From assembly GCA_032718475.1 (NCBI GenBank), contig JAUCBJ010005936.1, positions 1-50,798 on the forward strand: DNA of 50,798 bases, in the 5' to 3' direction. A program made the translations under genes and the position numbers. The notes beneath the pieces are model-generated. The model saw only the letters and a program-made list of their open reading frames with translations. It was not told where the DNA came from and made no database searches. Below, in pieces: positions 37,101 through 49,575 of the stretch (the stretch's first letter is position 1; the number at the start of each line of letters is the position of its first letter). Origin of the DNA: Nemertoderma westbladi (taxonomy: Eukaryota; Animalia; Xenacoelomorpha).

Positions 37101-39209
37101 ATACAGTTATTTATTACTTTCAGTAAGACTCAGACTCGCCACTAATACAGTTATTTATTACTTTCAGTAAGACTCAGACTCGCCACTAATACAGTTATTT
37201 ATTACTTTCAGTAAGACTCAGACTCGCCACTAATACAGTTATTTATTACTTTCAGTAAGACTCAGACTCGCCACTAATACAGTTATTTATTACTTTCAGT
37301 AAGACTCAGACTCGCCACTAATACAGTTATTTATTACTTTCAGTAAGACTCAGACTCGCCACTAATACAGTTATTTATTACTTTCAGTAAGACTCAGACT
37401 CGCCACTAATACAGTTATTTATTACTTTCAGTAAGACTCAGACTCGCCACTAATACAGTTATTTATTACTTTCAGTAAGACTCAGACTCGCCACTAATAC
37501 AGTTATTTATTACTTTCAGTAACACTCAGACTCGCCACTAATACAGTTATTTATTACTTTCAGTAACACTCAGACTCGCCACTAATACAGTTATTTATTA
37601 CTTTCAGTAAGACTCAGACTCGCCACTAATACAGTTATTTATTACTTTCAGTAAGACTCAGACTCGCCACTAATACAGTTATTTATTACTTTCAGTAAGA
37701 CCCAGGCTCGCCACTAATACAGTTATTTATTACTTTCAGTAAGACCCAGACTCGCCACTAATACAGTTATTTATTACTTTCAGTAAGACTCAGACTCGCC
37801 ACTAATACAGTTATTTATTACTTTCAGTAAGACCCAGACTCGCCACTAATACAGTTATTTATTACTTTCAGTAAGACTCAGACTCGCCACTAATACAGTT
37901 ATTTATTACTTTCAGTAAGACTCAGACTCGCCACTAATACAGTTATTTATTACTTTCAGTAAGACCCAGACTCGCCACTAATACAGTTATTTATTACTTT
38001 CAGTAAGACCCAGACTCGCCACTAATACAGTTATTTATTACTTTCAGTAAGACTCAGGCTCGCCACTAATACAGTTATTTATTACTTTCAGTAAGACTCA
38101 GGCTCGCCACTAATACAGTTATTTATTACTTTCAGTAAGACCCAGACTCGCCACTAATACAGTTATTTATTACTTTCAGTAAGACTCAGGCTCGCCACTA
38201 ATACAGTTATTTATTACTTTCAGTAAGACCCAGACTCGCCACTAATACAGTTATTTATTACTTTCAGTAAGACTCAGGCTCGCCACTAATACAGTTATTT
38301 ATTACTTTCAGTAAGACTCAGACTCGCCACTAATACAGTTATTTATTACTTTCAGTAAGACTCAGACTCGCCACTAATACAGTTATTTATTACTTTCAGT
38401 AAGACTCAGACTCGCCACTAATACAGTTATTTATTACTTTCAGTAAGACTCAGACTCGCCACTAATACAGTTATTTATTACTTTCAGTAAGACTCAGACT
38501 CGCCACTAATACAGTTATTTATTACTTTCAGTAAGACCCAGACTCGCCACTAATACAGTTATTTATTACTTTCAGTAAGACTCAGACTCGCCACTAATAC
38601 AGTTATTTATTACTTTCAGTAAGACTCAGACTCGCCACTAATACAGTTATTTATTACTTTCAGTAAGACCCAGACTCGCCACTAATACAGTTATTTATTA
38701 CTTTCAGTAAGACTCAGACTCGCCACTAATACAGTTATTTATTACTTTCAGTAAGACTCAGACTCGCCACTAATACAGTTATTTATTACTTTCAGTAAGA
38801 CTCAGACTCGCCACTAATACAGTTATTTATTACTTTCAGTAAGACTCAGACTCGCCACTAATACAGTTATTTATTACTTTCAGTAAGACTCAGACTCGCC
38901 ACTAATACAGTTATTTATTACTTTCAGTAAGACCCAGACTCGCCACTAATACAGTTATTTATTACTTTCAGTAAGACCCAGACTCGCCACTAATACAGTT
39001 ATTTATTACTTTCAGTAAGACTCAGACTCGCCACTAATACAGTTATTTATTACTTTCAGTAAGACTCAGACTCGCCACTAATACAGTTATTTATTACTTT
39101 CAGTAAGACTCAGACTCGCCACTAATACAGTTATTTATTACTTTCAGTAAGACTCAGACTCGCCACTAATACAGTTATTTATTACTTTCAGTAAGACTCA
39201 GGCTCGCCA
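28171..39209 (+). repeat. 44-bp tandem array, 251 copies, of the intron 2 / exon 3 boundary
   Basis: Unit ACAGTTATTTATTACTTTCAG|TAAGACTCAGACTCGCCACTAAT; first AG ends at 28191, last at 39191 (exactly 250 x 44 bp). Confidence 0.98.
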
Positions 39210-39270
39210 AGCTTTTGCCTCCTACCTATCTCGTGTACAGCAGCGGTTGCAGTTGGAGTCTCGTCGTGAC
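39192..39270 (+). CDS. Uncharacterised multi-exon gene, exon 3
   Basis: Last array acceptor continues into SKTQARQAFASYLSRVQQRLQLESRRD; GAC|GTACGT donor, phase 0. Confidence 0.75.
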
Positions 39271-39669
39271 GTACGTAATGACGACACCAAAAACGATGAA
39301 CAAATGGTTAGTTCTTTAAGGAGTGCACGTCACCAACGGCAACCGTCACCAACACATCACGATATTGTTAATTGTGCACTAAATGTTACTGAAACGATCA
39401 TATTATCACTGCAATATTATGTACTTGTTGGGGACTCCCTAACACAGTTAGGTAAAAAAATAAAAGTTAGCGAGGGATGTAAATGCTAACGGGGGATAAT
39501 CTATACTACTGCTAACATTCTTTGATATTTTATTTATCTCCGTTCCATAGCCCCACCATACATAAAGTTGCAAGTCGGTTATTGACTTGTCACTTGTCAG
39601 TTAATAAGAAAGTCTAGTACCTGTATTATATTACCTATTATAATTATATTTTTACTTTCTATTTCTTAG

Positions 39670-39899
39670 GATTTGGTTCTCCGATTTTTAAAACGCGCCG
39701 CTGCCAATTTGAGTCAGCCGTTTAAGGTGTTGGTTCCAACCCGCCGGTTGCCAATTAATCAACGTCGAAGGATCCTATCGAAACAACTAGGTGACTTCGT
39801 GTTGGTGTACAACAGGGAGACAGAGCGATCTCGTAAACACAACGAGACGGGGAACTCCAGTACGGAACGGATGTTCGCTGCCTTCACTAACAGAGCCAA
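39670..39899 (+). CDS. Uncharacterised multi-exon gene, exon 4
   Basis: TTTCTTAG acceptor; DLVLRFLKRAAANL...RMFAAFTNRA; AA|GTAAGT donor, phase 2. Confidence 0.8.
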
Positions 39900-42800
39900 G
39901 TAAGTAGAGAGACGGGGAACTCCAGTACGGAACGGGTGTTCGCTGCCTTCACTAACAGAGCCAAGTAAGTAGAGAGACGGGGAACTCCAGTACGGAACGG
40001 GTGTTCGCTGCCTTCACTAACAGAGCCAAGTAAGTAGAGAGACGGGGAACTCCAGTACGGAACGGGTGTTCGCTGCCTTCACTGACAGAGCCAAGTAAGT
40101 AGAGAGACGGGGAACTCCAGTACGGAACGGGTGTTCGCTGTCTTCACTGACAGAGCCAAGTAAGTATAGAGACGGGGAACTCCATTACGGAACGGGTGTT
40201 CGCTGCCTTCACTAACAGAGCCAAGTAAGTAGAGAGACGGGGAACTCCAGTACGGAACGGGTGTTCGCTGCCTTCACTAACAGAGCCAAGTAAGTAGAGA
40301 GACGGGGAACTCCAGTACGGAACGGGTGTTCGCTGCCTTCACTAACAGAGCCAAGTAAGTAGAGAGACGGGGAACTCCAGTACGGAACGGGTGTTCGCTG
40401 CCTTCACTGACAGAGCCAAGTAAGTAGAGAGACGGGGAACTCCAGTACGGAACGGGTGTTCGCTGTCTTCACTGACAGAGCCAAGTAAGTATAGAGACGG
40501 GGAACTCCATTACGGAACGGGTGTTCGCTGCCTTCACTAACAGAGCCAAGTAAGTAGAGAGACGGGGAACTCCAGTACGGAACGGGTGTTCGTTGCCTTC
40601 ACTGACGGAGCCAAGTAAGTAGAGATACGGGGAACTCCAGTACGGAACGGGTGTTCGCTGCCTTCACTAACAGAGCCAAGTAAGTAGAGAGACGGGGAAC
40701 TCCAGTACGGAACGGGTGTTTGTTGCCTTCACTGACGGAGCCAAGTAAGTAGAGAGATGGGGAACTCCAGTACGGAACGGGTGTTCGCTGCCTTCACTAA
40801 CAGAGCCAAGTAAGTAGAGAGACGGGGAACTCCAGTGCGGAACGGGTGTTCGTTGCCTTCACTGACGGAGCCAAGTAAGTAGAGAGACGGGGAACTCCAG
40901 TACGGAACGGGAACTCCAGTACGGAACGGGTGTTCGTTGCCTTCACTGACGGAGCCAAGTAAGTAGAGAGACGGGGAACTCCAGTACGGAACGGGTGTTC
41001 GCTGCCTTCACTAACAGAGCCAAGTAAGTAGAGAGACGGGGAACTCCAGTACGGAACGGGTGTTCGCTGCCTTCACTGACAGAGCCAAGTAAGTAGAGAG
41101 ACGGGGAACTCCAGTACGGAACGGGTGTTCGCTGCCTTCACTAACAGAGCCAAGTAAGTAGAGAGACGGGGAACTCCAGTACGGAACGGGTGTTCGTTGC
41201 CTTCACTGACGGAGCCAAGTAAGTAGATAGACGGGGAACTCCAGTACGGAACGGGTGTTCGCTGCCTTCACTGACGGAGCCAAGTAAGTAGAGAGACGGG
41301 GAACTCCAGTACGGAACGGGTGTTCGCTGCCTTCACTGACGGAGCCAAGTAGGTAGAGAGACGGGGAACTCCATTACGGAACGGGTGTTCGCTGCCTTCA
41401 CTGACGGAGCCAAGTAGGTAGAGAGACGGGGAACTCCAGTACGGAACGGGTGTTCGCTGCCTTCACTAACAGAGCCAAGTAAGTAGAGAGACGGGGAACT
41501 CCAGTACGGAACGGGTGTTCGTTGCCTTCACTGACGGAGCCAAGTAAGTAGAGAGACGGGGAACTCCAGTACGGAACGGGTGTTCGCTGCCTTCACTGAC
41601 GGAGCCAAGTAGGTAGAGAGACGGGGAACTCCAGTACGGAACGGGTGTTCGCTGCCTTCACTAACAGAGCCAAGTAAGTAGAGAGACGGGGAACTCCAGT
41701 ACGGAACGGGTGTTCGTTGCCTTCACTGACGGAGCCAAGTAAGTAGAGAGACGGGGAACTCCAGTACGGAACGGGTGTTCGTTGCCTTCACTGACGGAGC
41801 CAAGTAGGTAGAGAGACGGGGAACTCCAGTACGGAACGGGTGTTCGCTGCCTTCACTAACAGAGCCAAGTAAGTAGAGAGACGGGGAACTCCAGTACGGA
41901 ACGGGTGTTCGTTGCCTTCACTGACGGAGCCAAGTAAGTAGAGAGACGGGGAACTCCAGTACGGAACGGGTGTTCGCTGCCTTCACTGACGGAGCCAAGT
42001 AGGTAGAGAGACGGGGAACTCCAGTACGGAACGGGTGTTCGCTGCCTTCACTAACAGAGCCAAGTAAGTAGAGAGACGGGGAACTCCAGTACGGAACGGG
42101 TGTTCGTTGCCTTCACTGACGGAGCCAAGTAAGTAGAGAGACGGGGAACTCCAGTACGGAACGGCTGTTCGCTGCCTTCACTAACAGAGCCAAGTAAGTA
42201 GAGAGACGGGGAACTCCAGTACGGAACGGGTGTTCGTTGCCTTCACTGACGGAGCCAAGTAAGTAGAGAGACGGGGAACTCCAGTACGGAACGGGTGTTC
42301 GCTGCCTTCACTGACGGAGCCAAGTAAGTAGAGAGACGGGGAACTCCAGTACGGAACGGGTGTTCGTTGCCTTCACTGACAGAGCCAAGTAAGTAGAGAG
42401 ACGGGGAACTCCAGTACGGAACGGGTGTTCGCTGCCTTCACTAACAGAGCCAAGTAAGTAGAGAGACGGGGAACTCCAGTACGGAACGGGTGTTCGTTGC
42501 CTTCACTGACGGAGCCAAGTAAGTAGAGAGACGGGGAACTCCAGTACGGAACGGGTGTTCGTTGCCTTCACTGACGGAGCCAAGTAAGTAGAGAGACGGG
42601 GAACTCCAGTACGGAACGGGTGTTCGTTGCCTTCACTGACAGAGCCAAGTAAGTAGAGAGACGGGGAACTCCAGTACGGAACGGGTGTTCGTTGCCTTCA
42701 CTGACGGAGCCAAGTAAGTAGAGAGACGGGGAACTCCAGTACGGAACGGGTGTTCGCTGCCTTCACTGACAGAGCCAAGTAAGTAGAGAGACGGGGAACT

Positions 42801-42952
42801 CCAGTACGGAACGGGTGTTCGCTGCCTTCACTAACAGAGCCAAGTAAGTAGAGAGACGGGGAACTCCAGTACGGAACGGGTGTTCGTTGCCTTCACTAAC
42901 AGAGCCAAGTAAGTAGAGAGACGGGGAACTCCAGTACGGAAGGGGTGTTCGT
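39844..42952 (+). repeat. 65-bp tandem array (47 donor-bearing copies) of the exon 4 / intron 4 boundary
   Basis: Unit GAGACGGGGAACTCCAGTACGGAACGGGTGTTCGCTGCCTTCACTAACAGAGCCAA|GTAAGTAGA; first copy is the coding exon end; one 19-bp internal duplication near 40910. Confidence 0.98.
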
Positions 42953-43160
42953 TCAGGTTTGATGGTTTGATGAAGATCACTACGGGTTTTTGTTCGGATT
43001 CACTACGGGTACAGATTCGCTCGGATTCAGAACGCCTTGATCTAATTTTCTTCTTTATGTAAAATTAAAGGACTCGATAAAATTTATAACATATAAAATT
43101 TGGCTTCAATGTATTTCAAAGAAATACGATTTTAATCTCAATTTTAATTTCAATCTAATA

Positions 43161-46100
43161 TTGGTGTAGACATTGGTGTAGACCTTGGTGTAGACATTGG
43201 TGTAGACCTTGGTGTAGACATTGGTGTAGACATTGGTGTAGACATTGGTGTAGATCTTGTTGTAACCTTGGTGTAGACCTTAGTGTAGACATTGGTGTAT
43301 ATCTTGGTGTAGACATTGGTGTAGACATTGGTGTAGACATTGGTGTAGATCTTGGTGTAGACATTGGTGTAGACCTTGGTGTAGACCTTGGTGTAGACCT
43401 TGGTGTAGACATTGGTGTAGATATTGGTGTAGACATTGGTGTAGACATTGGTGTAGATATTGGTGTAGACCTTGGTGTAGACCTTGGTGTAGACATTGGT
43501 GTAGACCTTAGTGTAGACATTGGTGTAGACCTTTGTGTAGACATTGGTGTAGACCTTGTGTAGACCTTGGTGTAGACCTTGGTGTAGACCTTGGTGTAGA
43601 CCTTGGTGTAGACCTTGGTGTAGACCTTTGTGTAGACATTGGTGTAGACCTTTGTGTAGACATTGGTGTAGACCTTGTGTAGACCTTGGTGTAGACCTTG
43701 GTGTAGATCTTGTTGTAGACCTTGGTATAGACATTGGTGTAGACATTGGTGTAGATATTGGTGTAGATCTTGTTGTAACCTTGGTGTAGACCTTGGTGTA
43801 GACATTGGTGTAGACCTTGGTGTAGACCTTGGTGTAGAGCTTGGTGTAGACCTTTGTGTAGACATTGGTGTAGACCTTTGTGTAGACATTGGTGTAGACC
43901 TTGTGTAGACCTTGGTGTAGACCTTGGTGTAGACATTGGTGTAGACATTGGTGTAGACATTCGTGTAGATATTGGTGTAGATCTTGTTGTAACCTTGGTG
44001 TAGACCTTGGTGTAGACATTGGTGTAGACCTTGGTGTAGGTAGACATTGGTGTAGACCTTGGTGTAGACATTGGTGTAGATCTTGTTGTAGACCTTGGTG
44101 TAAACCTTGGTGTAGATCTTGGTGTAGACATTGGTGTAGACATTGGTGTAGACCTTGGTGTAGACATTTGTGTAGATCTTGGTGTAGACCTTTGTGTAGA
44201 CATTGGTGTAGATCTTGTTGTAGATCTTGGTGTAGACCTTTGTGTAGACATTGGTGTAGACCTTGTGTAGACCTTGGTGTAGACCTTGGTGTAGACCTTG
44301 GTGTAGACATTGGTGTAGACATTGGTGTAGACATTGGTGTAGATCTTGGTGTATACATTGGTGTAGACATTGGTGTAGACCTTGGTGTAGACATTGGTGT
44401 AGACCTTGGTGTAGACATTGGTGTAGACATTGGTGCAGACATTGGTGTAGACATTGGTGTAGACATTGGTGTAGATCTTGTTGTAACCTTGGTGTAGACA
44501 TTGGTGTAGATCTTGGTTTAGACCTTGGTGTAGACCTTGGTGTAGACCTTGGTGTAGATCTTGTTGTAACCTTGGTGTAGACATTGGTGTAGATCTTGGT
44601 GAGACATTTGTGTAGATCTTGTTGTAACCTTGGTGTAGACATTGGTGTAGATCTTGGTGTGGACCTTGGTGTAGACCTTGGTGTAGACCTTGGTGTAGAC
44701 ATTGGTGTAGACCTTGTTGTAGACCTTGGTGTAGACCTTGGTGTAGACATTGGTGTAGACCTTGGTGTAGACCTTGGTGTAGACCTTGGTGTAGACCTTG
44801 GTATAGACATTGGTGTAGACCTTGTTGTAGACCTTGGTGTAGACCTTGGTGTAGACATTGGTGTAGACCTTGGTGTAGACCTTGGTGTAGACCTTGGTGT
44901 AGACATTGGTGTAGACATTGGTGTAGATCTTGTTGTAACCTTGGTGTAGACATTGGTGTAGATCTTGGTTTAGACCTTGTTGTAGACCTTGGTGTAGACA
45001 TTGGTGTAGACCTTGTGTAGACCTTGGTGTAGACCTTGGTGTAGACATTGGTGTAGACCTTGGTGTAGATCTTGTTGTAACCTTGGTGTAGACATTGGTG
45101 TAGATCTTGGTGTGGACCTTGGTGTAGACCTTGGTGTAGACCTTGGTGTAGACATTGGTGTAGACCTTGTTGTAGACCTTGGTGTAGACCTTGGTGTAGA
45201 CATTGGTGTAGACCTTGGTGTAGACCTTGGTGTAGACCTTGGTGTAGACCTTGGTATAGACATTGGTGTAGACCTTGTTGTAGACCTTGGTGTAGACCTT
45301 GGTGTAGACCTTGGTGTAGACATTGGTGTAGATCTTGTTGTAACCTTGGTGTAGACATTGGTGTATATCTTGGTGTAGACATTGGTGTAGACATTGGTGT
45401 AGACATTGGTGTAGATCTTGGTGTAGACATTGGTGTAGACATTGGTGTAGACTTTGGTGTAGACATTGGTGTAGACATTGGTGTAGACATTGGTGTAGAC
45501 ATTGGTGTAGACCTTGGTGTAGACCTTGGTGTAGACATTGGTGTAGATCTTGTTGTAACCTTGGTGTAGACATTGGTGTAGATCTTGTTGTAACCTTGGT
45601 GTAGATCTTGTTGTAACCTTGGTGTAGACATTGGTGTATATCTTGGTGTAGACATTGGTGTAGACATTGGTGTAGACATTGGTGTAGATCTTGGTGTAGA
45701 CATTGGTGTAGACATTGGTGTAGACTTTGGTGTAGACATTGGTGTAGACCTTGGTGTAGACATTGGTGTAGATCTTGTTGTAACCTTGGTGTAGATCTTG
45801 TTGTAACCTTGGTGTAGACCTTAGTGTAGACATTGGTGTATATCTTGGTGTAGACCTTGGTGTAGACATTGGTGTAGACCTTGGTGTAGACCTTGGTGTA
45901 GATCTTGGTGTAGACATTGGTGTAGACCTTGGTGTAGACCTTGGTGTAGACCTTGGTGTAGACATTGGTGTATATCTTGGTGTAGACATTGGTGTAGACA
46001 TTGGTGTAGACATTGGTGTAGATCTTTGTATAGACATTGGTGTAGACATTGGTGTAGACATTGGTGTAGACATTGGTGTAGATCTTGGTGTAGACATTGG

Positions 46101-48686
46101 TGTAGACATTGGTGTAGACTTTGGTGTAGACATTGGTGTAGACCTTGGTGTAGACATTGGTGTGGACATTGGTGTAGACCTTGGTGTAGACCTTGGTGTA
46201 GACATTGGTGTAGACCTTGGTGTAGACCTTGGTGTAGACCTTGGTGTAGACATCGGTGTAGACCTTGGTATAGACCTTGGTGTAGATCTTGTTGTAGACC
46301 TTGGTGTAGACCTTGGTGTAGACCCTGGTGTAGACATTGGTGTAGATCTTGGTGTAGACCTTGGTGTAGACATCGGTGTAAACTTTGGTATAGACCTTGG
46401 TGTAGATCTTGTTGTAGACCTTGGTGTAGACCTTGGTGTAGACCTTGGTGTAGACCTTGGTGTAGACCTTGGTGCAGACCTTGGTGTAGACATTGGTGTA
46501 GATCTTGTTGTAACCTTGTTGTAGACCTTGGTGTAGACCTTGGTGTAGACCTTGGTGTAGACATTGGTGTAGATCTTGTTGTAGACCTTGGTGTAGACCT
46601 TGGTGTAGACCTTGGTGTAGACCTTGGTGTAGACATTGGTGTAGACATTGGTGTAGACATTGGTGTAGACGTTGGTGTAGACCTTTGTGTAGACCTTGAT
46701 GTAGACATTGGTGTAGATCTTGTTGTAACCATGGTGTAGACCTTGGTTTAGACCTTGGTGTAGACCTTGGTGTAGACCTTGGTGTAGACATTGGTGTAGA
46801 CATTGGTGTAGACCTTGGTGTAGACATTGGTGTAGATATTGGTGTAGACATTGGTGTAGACCTTGGTGTAGACATTGGTGTAGACCTTGGTGTAGACCTT
46901 GGTGCAGACCTTGGTGTAGATCTTGTTGTAGACCTTGTTGTAGACCTTGGTGTAGACCTTGGTATAGACATTGTTGTAGACCTTGGTATAGACCTTGGTA
47001 TGGACCTTGGTGTAGACATCGGTGTAGACCTTGGTATAGACCTTGGTGTAGATCTTGTTGTAGACCTTGTTGTAGACCTTGGTGTAGACCTTGGTATAGA
47101 CATTGTTGTAGACCTTGGTATAGACCTTGGTATGGACCTTGGTGTAGACCTTGGTGTAGACCTTGGTGTAGACCTTGGTGTAGTCCTTGGTGCAGACCTT
47201 GGTGTAGGTAGACATTGGTGTAGACATTGGTGTAGACATTGGTGTAGATCTTGGTGTAGATATTGGTGTAGACCTTGGTGTAGACATTGGTGTAGACATT
47301 GGTGTAGACCTTGGTGTAGACATTTGTGTAGACCTTGGTGTAGACATTGGTGCAGACCCTGGTGTAGACCTTGGTGTAGACCTTGTTGTAGACCTTGGTG
47401 TAGACATTGGTGTAGACCTTGGTGTAGATCTTGTTGTAACCTTGGTGTAGACATTGGTGTATATCTTGGTGTAGACATTGATGTAGACATTGGTGTAGAC
47501 ATTGGTGTAGATCTTGGTGTAGACATTGGTGTAGACATTGGTGTAGACCTTGGTGTAGACATTGGTGTAGACCTTGGTGTAGACATTGGTGTAGACATTG
47601 GTGTAGACATTGGTGTAGATCTTGTTGTAACCTTGGTGTAGACCTTGGTGTAGACATTGGTGTAGACCTTGGTGTAGACCTTGGTGTAGACATTGGTGTA
47701 GATCTTGTTGTAGACCTTGGTGTAGACCTTGGTGTAGATCTTGGTGTAGACATTGGTGTAGACATTGGTGTAGACCTTGGTGTAGACATTGGTGTAGACC
47801 TTGGTGTAGACCTTGGTGTAACATTGGTGTAGATCTTGTTGTAGATCTTTGTGTAGACCTTGGTGTAGATCTTGGTGTAGACATTGGTGTAGACATTGGT
47901 GTAGACATTGGTGTAGATCTTGTTGTAACCTTGTTGTAGACCTTGGTGTAGACCTTGGTGTAGACCTTGGTGTAGACCTTGGTGTAGATATTGGTGTAAA
48001 CATTGGTGTAGTCCTTGGTGTAGACCTTGGTGTAGACCTTGATGTAGACATTGGTGTAGATCTTGGTTTAGACCTTGGTGTAGACATTGGTGTAGATCTT
48101 GTTGTAGACCTTGGTGTAGACATTGGTGTAGACCTTGGTGTAGACATTGGTGTAGACCTTGGTGTAGACATTGGTGCAGACCTTGGTGTAGACCTTGGTG
48201 TAGACCTTGTTGTAGACCTTGGTGTAGACATTGGTGTAGACCTTGGTGTAGATCTTGTTGTAACCTTGGTGTAGACATTGGTGTAGATCTTGTTGTAGAC
48301 CTTGGTGTAGACCTTGGTGTTGACCTTGGTGTAGACATTGGTGTAGACATTGGTGTAGACTTTGGTGTAGACCTTGGTGTAGACCTTGGTGTAGACATTG
48401 GTGTAGACCTTGGTGTAGACATTGGTGTAGATCTTGTTGTAGACATTGGTGTAGACCTTGGTGTAGACATTGGTGCAGACCTTGGTGTAGACCTTGGTGT
48501 AGACCTTGGTGCAGACCTTGGTGTAGACATTGGTGTAGACCTTGGTGCAGACCTTGGTATAGACATTGGTGTAGATCTTGGTGTAGACATTGATGTAGAC
48601 CTTGGGGTAGACATTGGTGTAGACCTTGTTGTAGACCTTGGTGTAGACATTGGTGTAGACCTTGGTGTAGACATTGGTGTAGACCT
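43161..48686. repeat. 12-bp satellite (TTGGTGTAGAC[C/A])n, ~460 copies, intronic
   Basis: Directly visible, with 11-bp variants; explains all long ORFs called in this interval. Confidence 0.98.
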
Positions 48687-48766
48687 GTGTTCTTTACCTT
48701 ACCTGGCTTGTTACTGGCGGTAATTATTTTATTGGTGTAACATCCTCATTTAATTGTTATTCTTAG

Positions 48767-49077
48767 TGAAGCCGAATTGGAAGAAGTTCTCACATTGTTT
48801 ACTAAACTCCACAAGTCCGCGAGTATCTTCCTCGGGGGCAGTTCAACGAAGCCTCACAGCCTAAAGAAACCCAATTCGGAACAGATTAACGACGCAGTGC
48901 CCGTAGAGGAGGCAACCAACCAATCAGAAGCGGTACAACAGGAACGCCTGTTTCATCGGACCAATCAGAAAATACTTAATAAACGAAGCTCTTCAGAAGA
49001 AAGAGAGACTATGGCACGTAGGGAGGGGATTAGCAAAGTCAATGATTGGCAATGTGCTGAAAATAAAGCAATGAACG
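48767..49077 (+). CDS. Uncharacterised multi-exon gene, exon 5
   Basis: TTATTCTTAG acceptor; phase-2 join gives NEAELEEVLTLF...ENKAMN; G|GTTAGT donor, phase 1. Confidence 0.8.
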
Positions 49078-49284
49078 GTTAGTATTATTTAATTATATTT
49101 ATTTTAATTCACCAATAAACCGCTGGAGGCGTCATTTTCTTGTTAGGAGATGATGAGACTTGATAGTGAACTAATGAATGATGATGCATCGGATACTAGA
49201 ACAATAAGGCAATATATCTATCTAGGCAATTTATCTAAGTCTTAGATATTTTACTTGCTAATATTTCCATTATTTGGGTTTCAG

Positions 49285-49398
49285 GTGGAGGTGCGAGCGT
49301 TGTTACAGACTACGAGATTACAGATGTAGACGATTCTCACACCTCCAATAGACAACGACCTGCGTCAGCCACAGTAATGAGGATTCACGGACCCACCG
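49285..49398 (+). CDS. Uncharacterised multi-exon gene, exon 6
   Basis: TTTCAG acceptor; GGGASVVTDYEITD...RIHGPT; G|GTAAGT donor; 114 nt, phase 1-1. Confidence 0.75.
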
Positions 49399-49417
49399 GT
49401 AAGTGGCTACATTAGAT

Positions 49418-49575
49418 GAATTTACGTCGGGTTCACGGTAACAGAGTTCACTTAAACAAAACCGCCTCCGCCTGGCAGGATATTGCTGAGACGCATCTTA
49501 AAGAACACTGGCCTTGAAGATGCGGATGATCTAGCAAATGTCATGGGTGCTAGGGAGTTGTGGCGGCGCAATTAT
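49418..49575 (+). mobile_element. Degraded RTE-clade LINE 3' fragment
   Basis: Remnants NRLRLAGYC* and TGLEDADDLANVMGARELWRR; shares TACGTCGGGTTCA with the 27.4-kb fragment. Confidence 0.6.

Noticed and set aside
15136-42952. CRISPR-like appearance of the 41-, 44- and 65-bp arrays
   Set aside because: Units are contiguous with no unique spacers, no cas genes, eukaryotic context
43150-48674. ORFs of 300-1237 aa on both strands
   Set aside because: Pure translations of a 12-bp satellite, overlapping in several frames, with frame swaps at 11-bp variants; the region is an intron of the plus-strand gene
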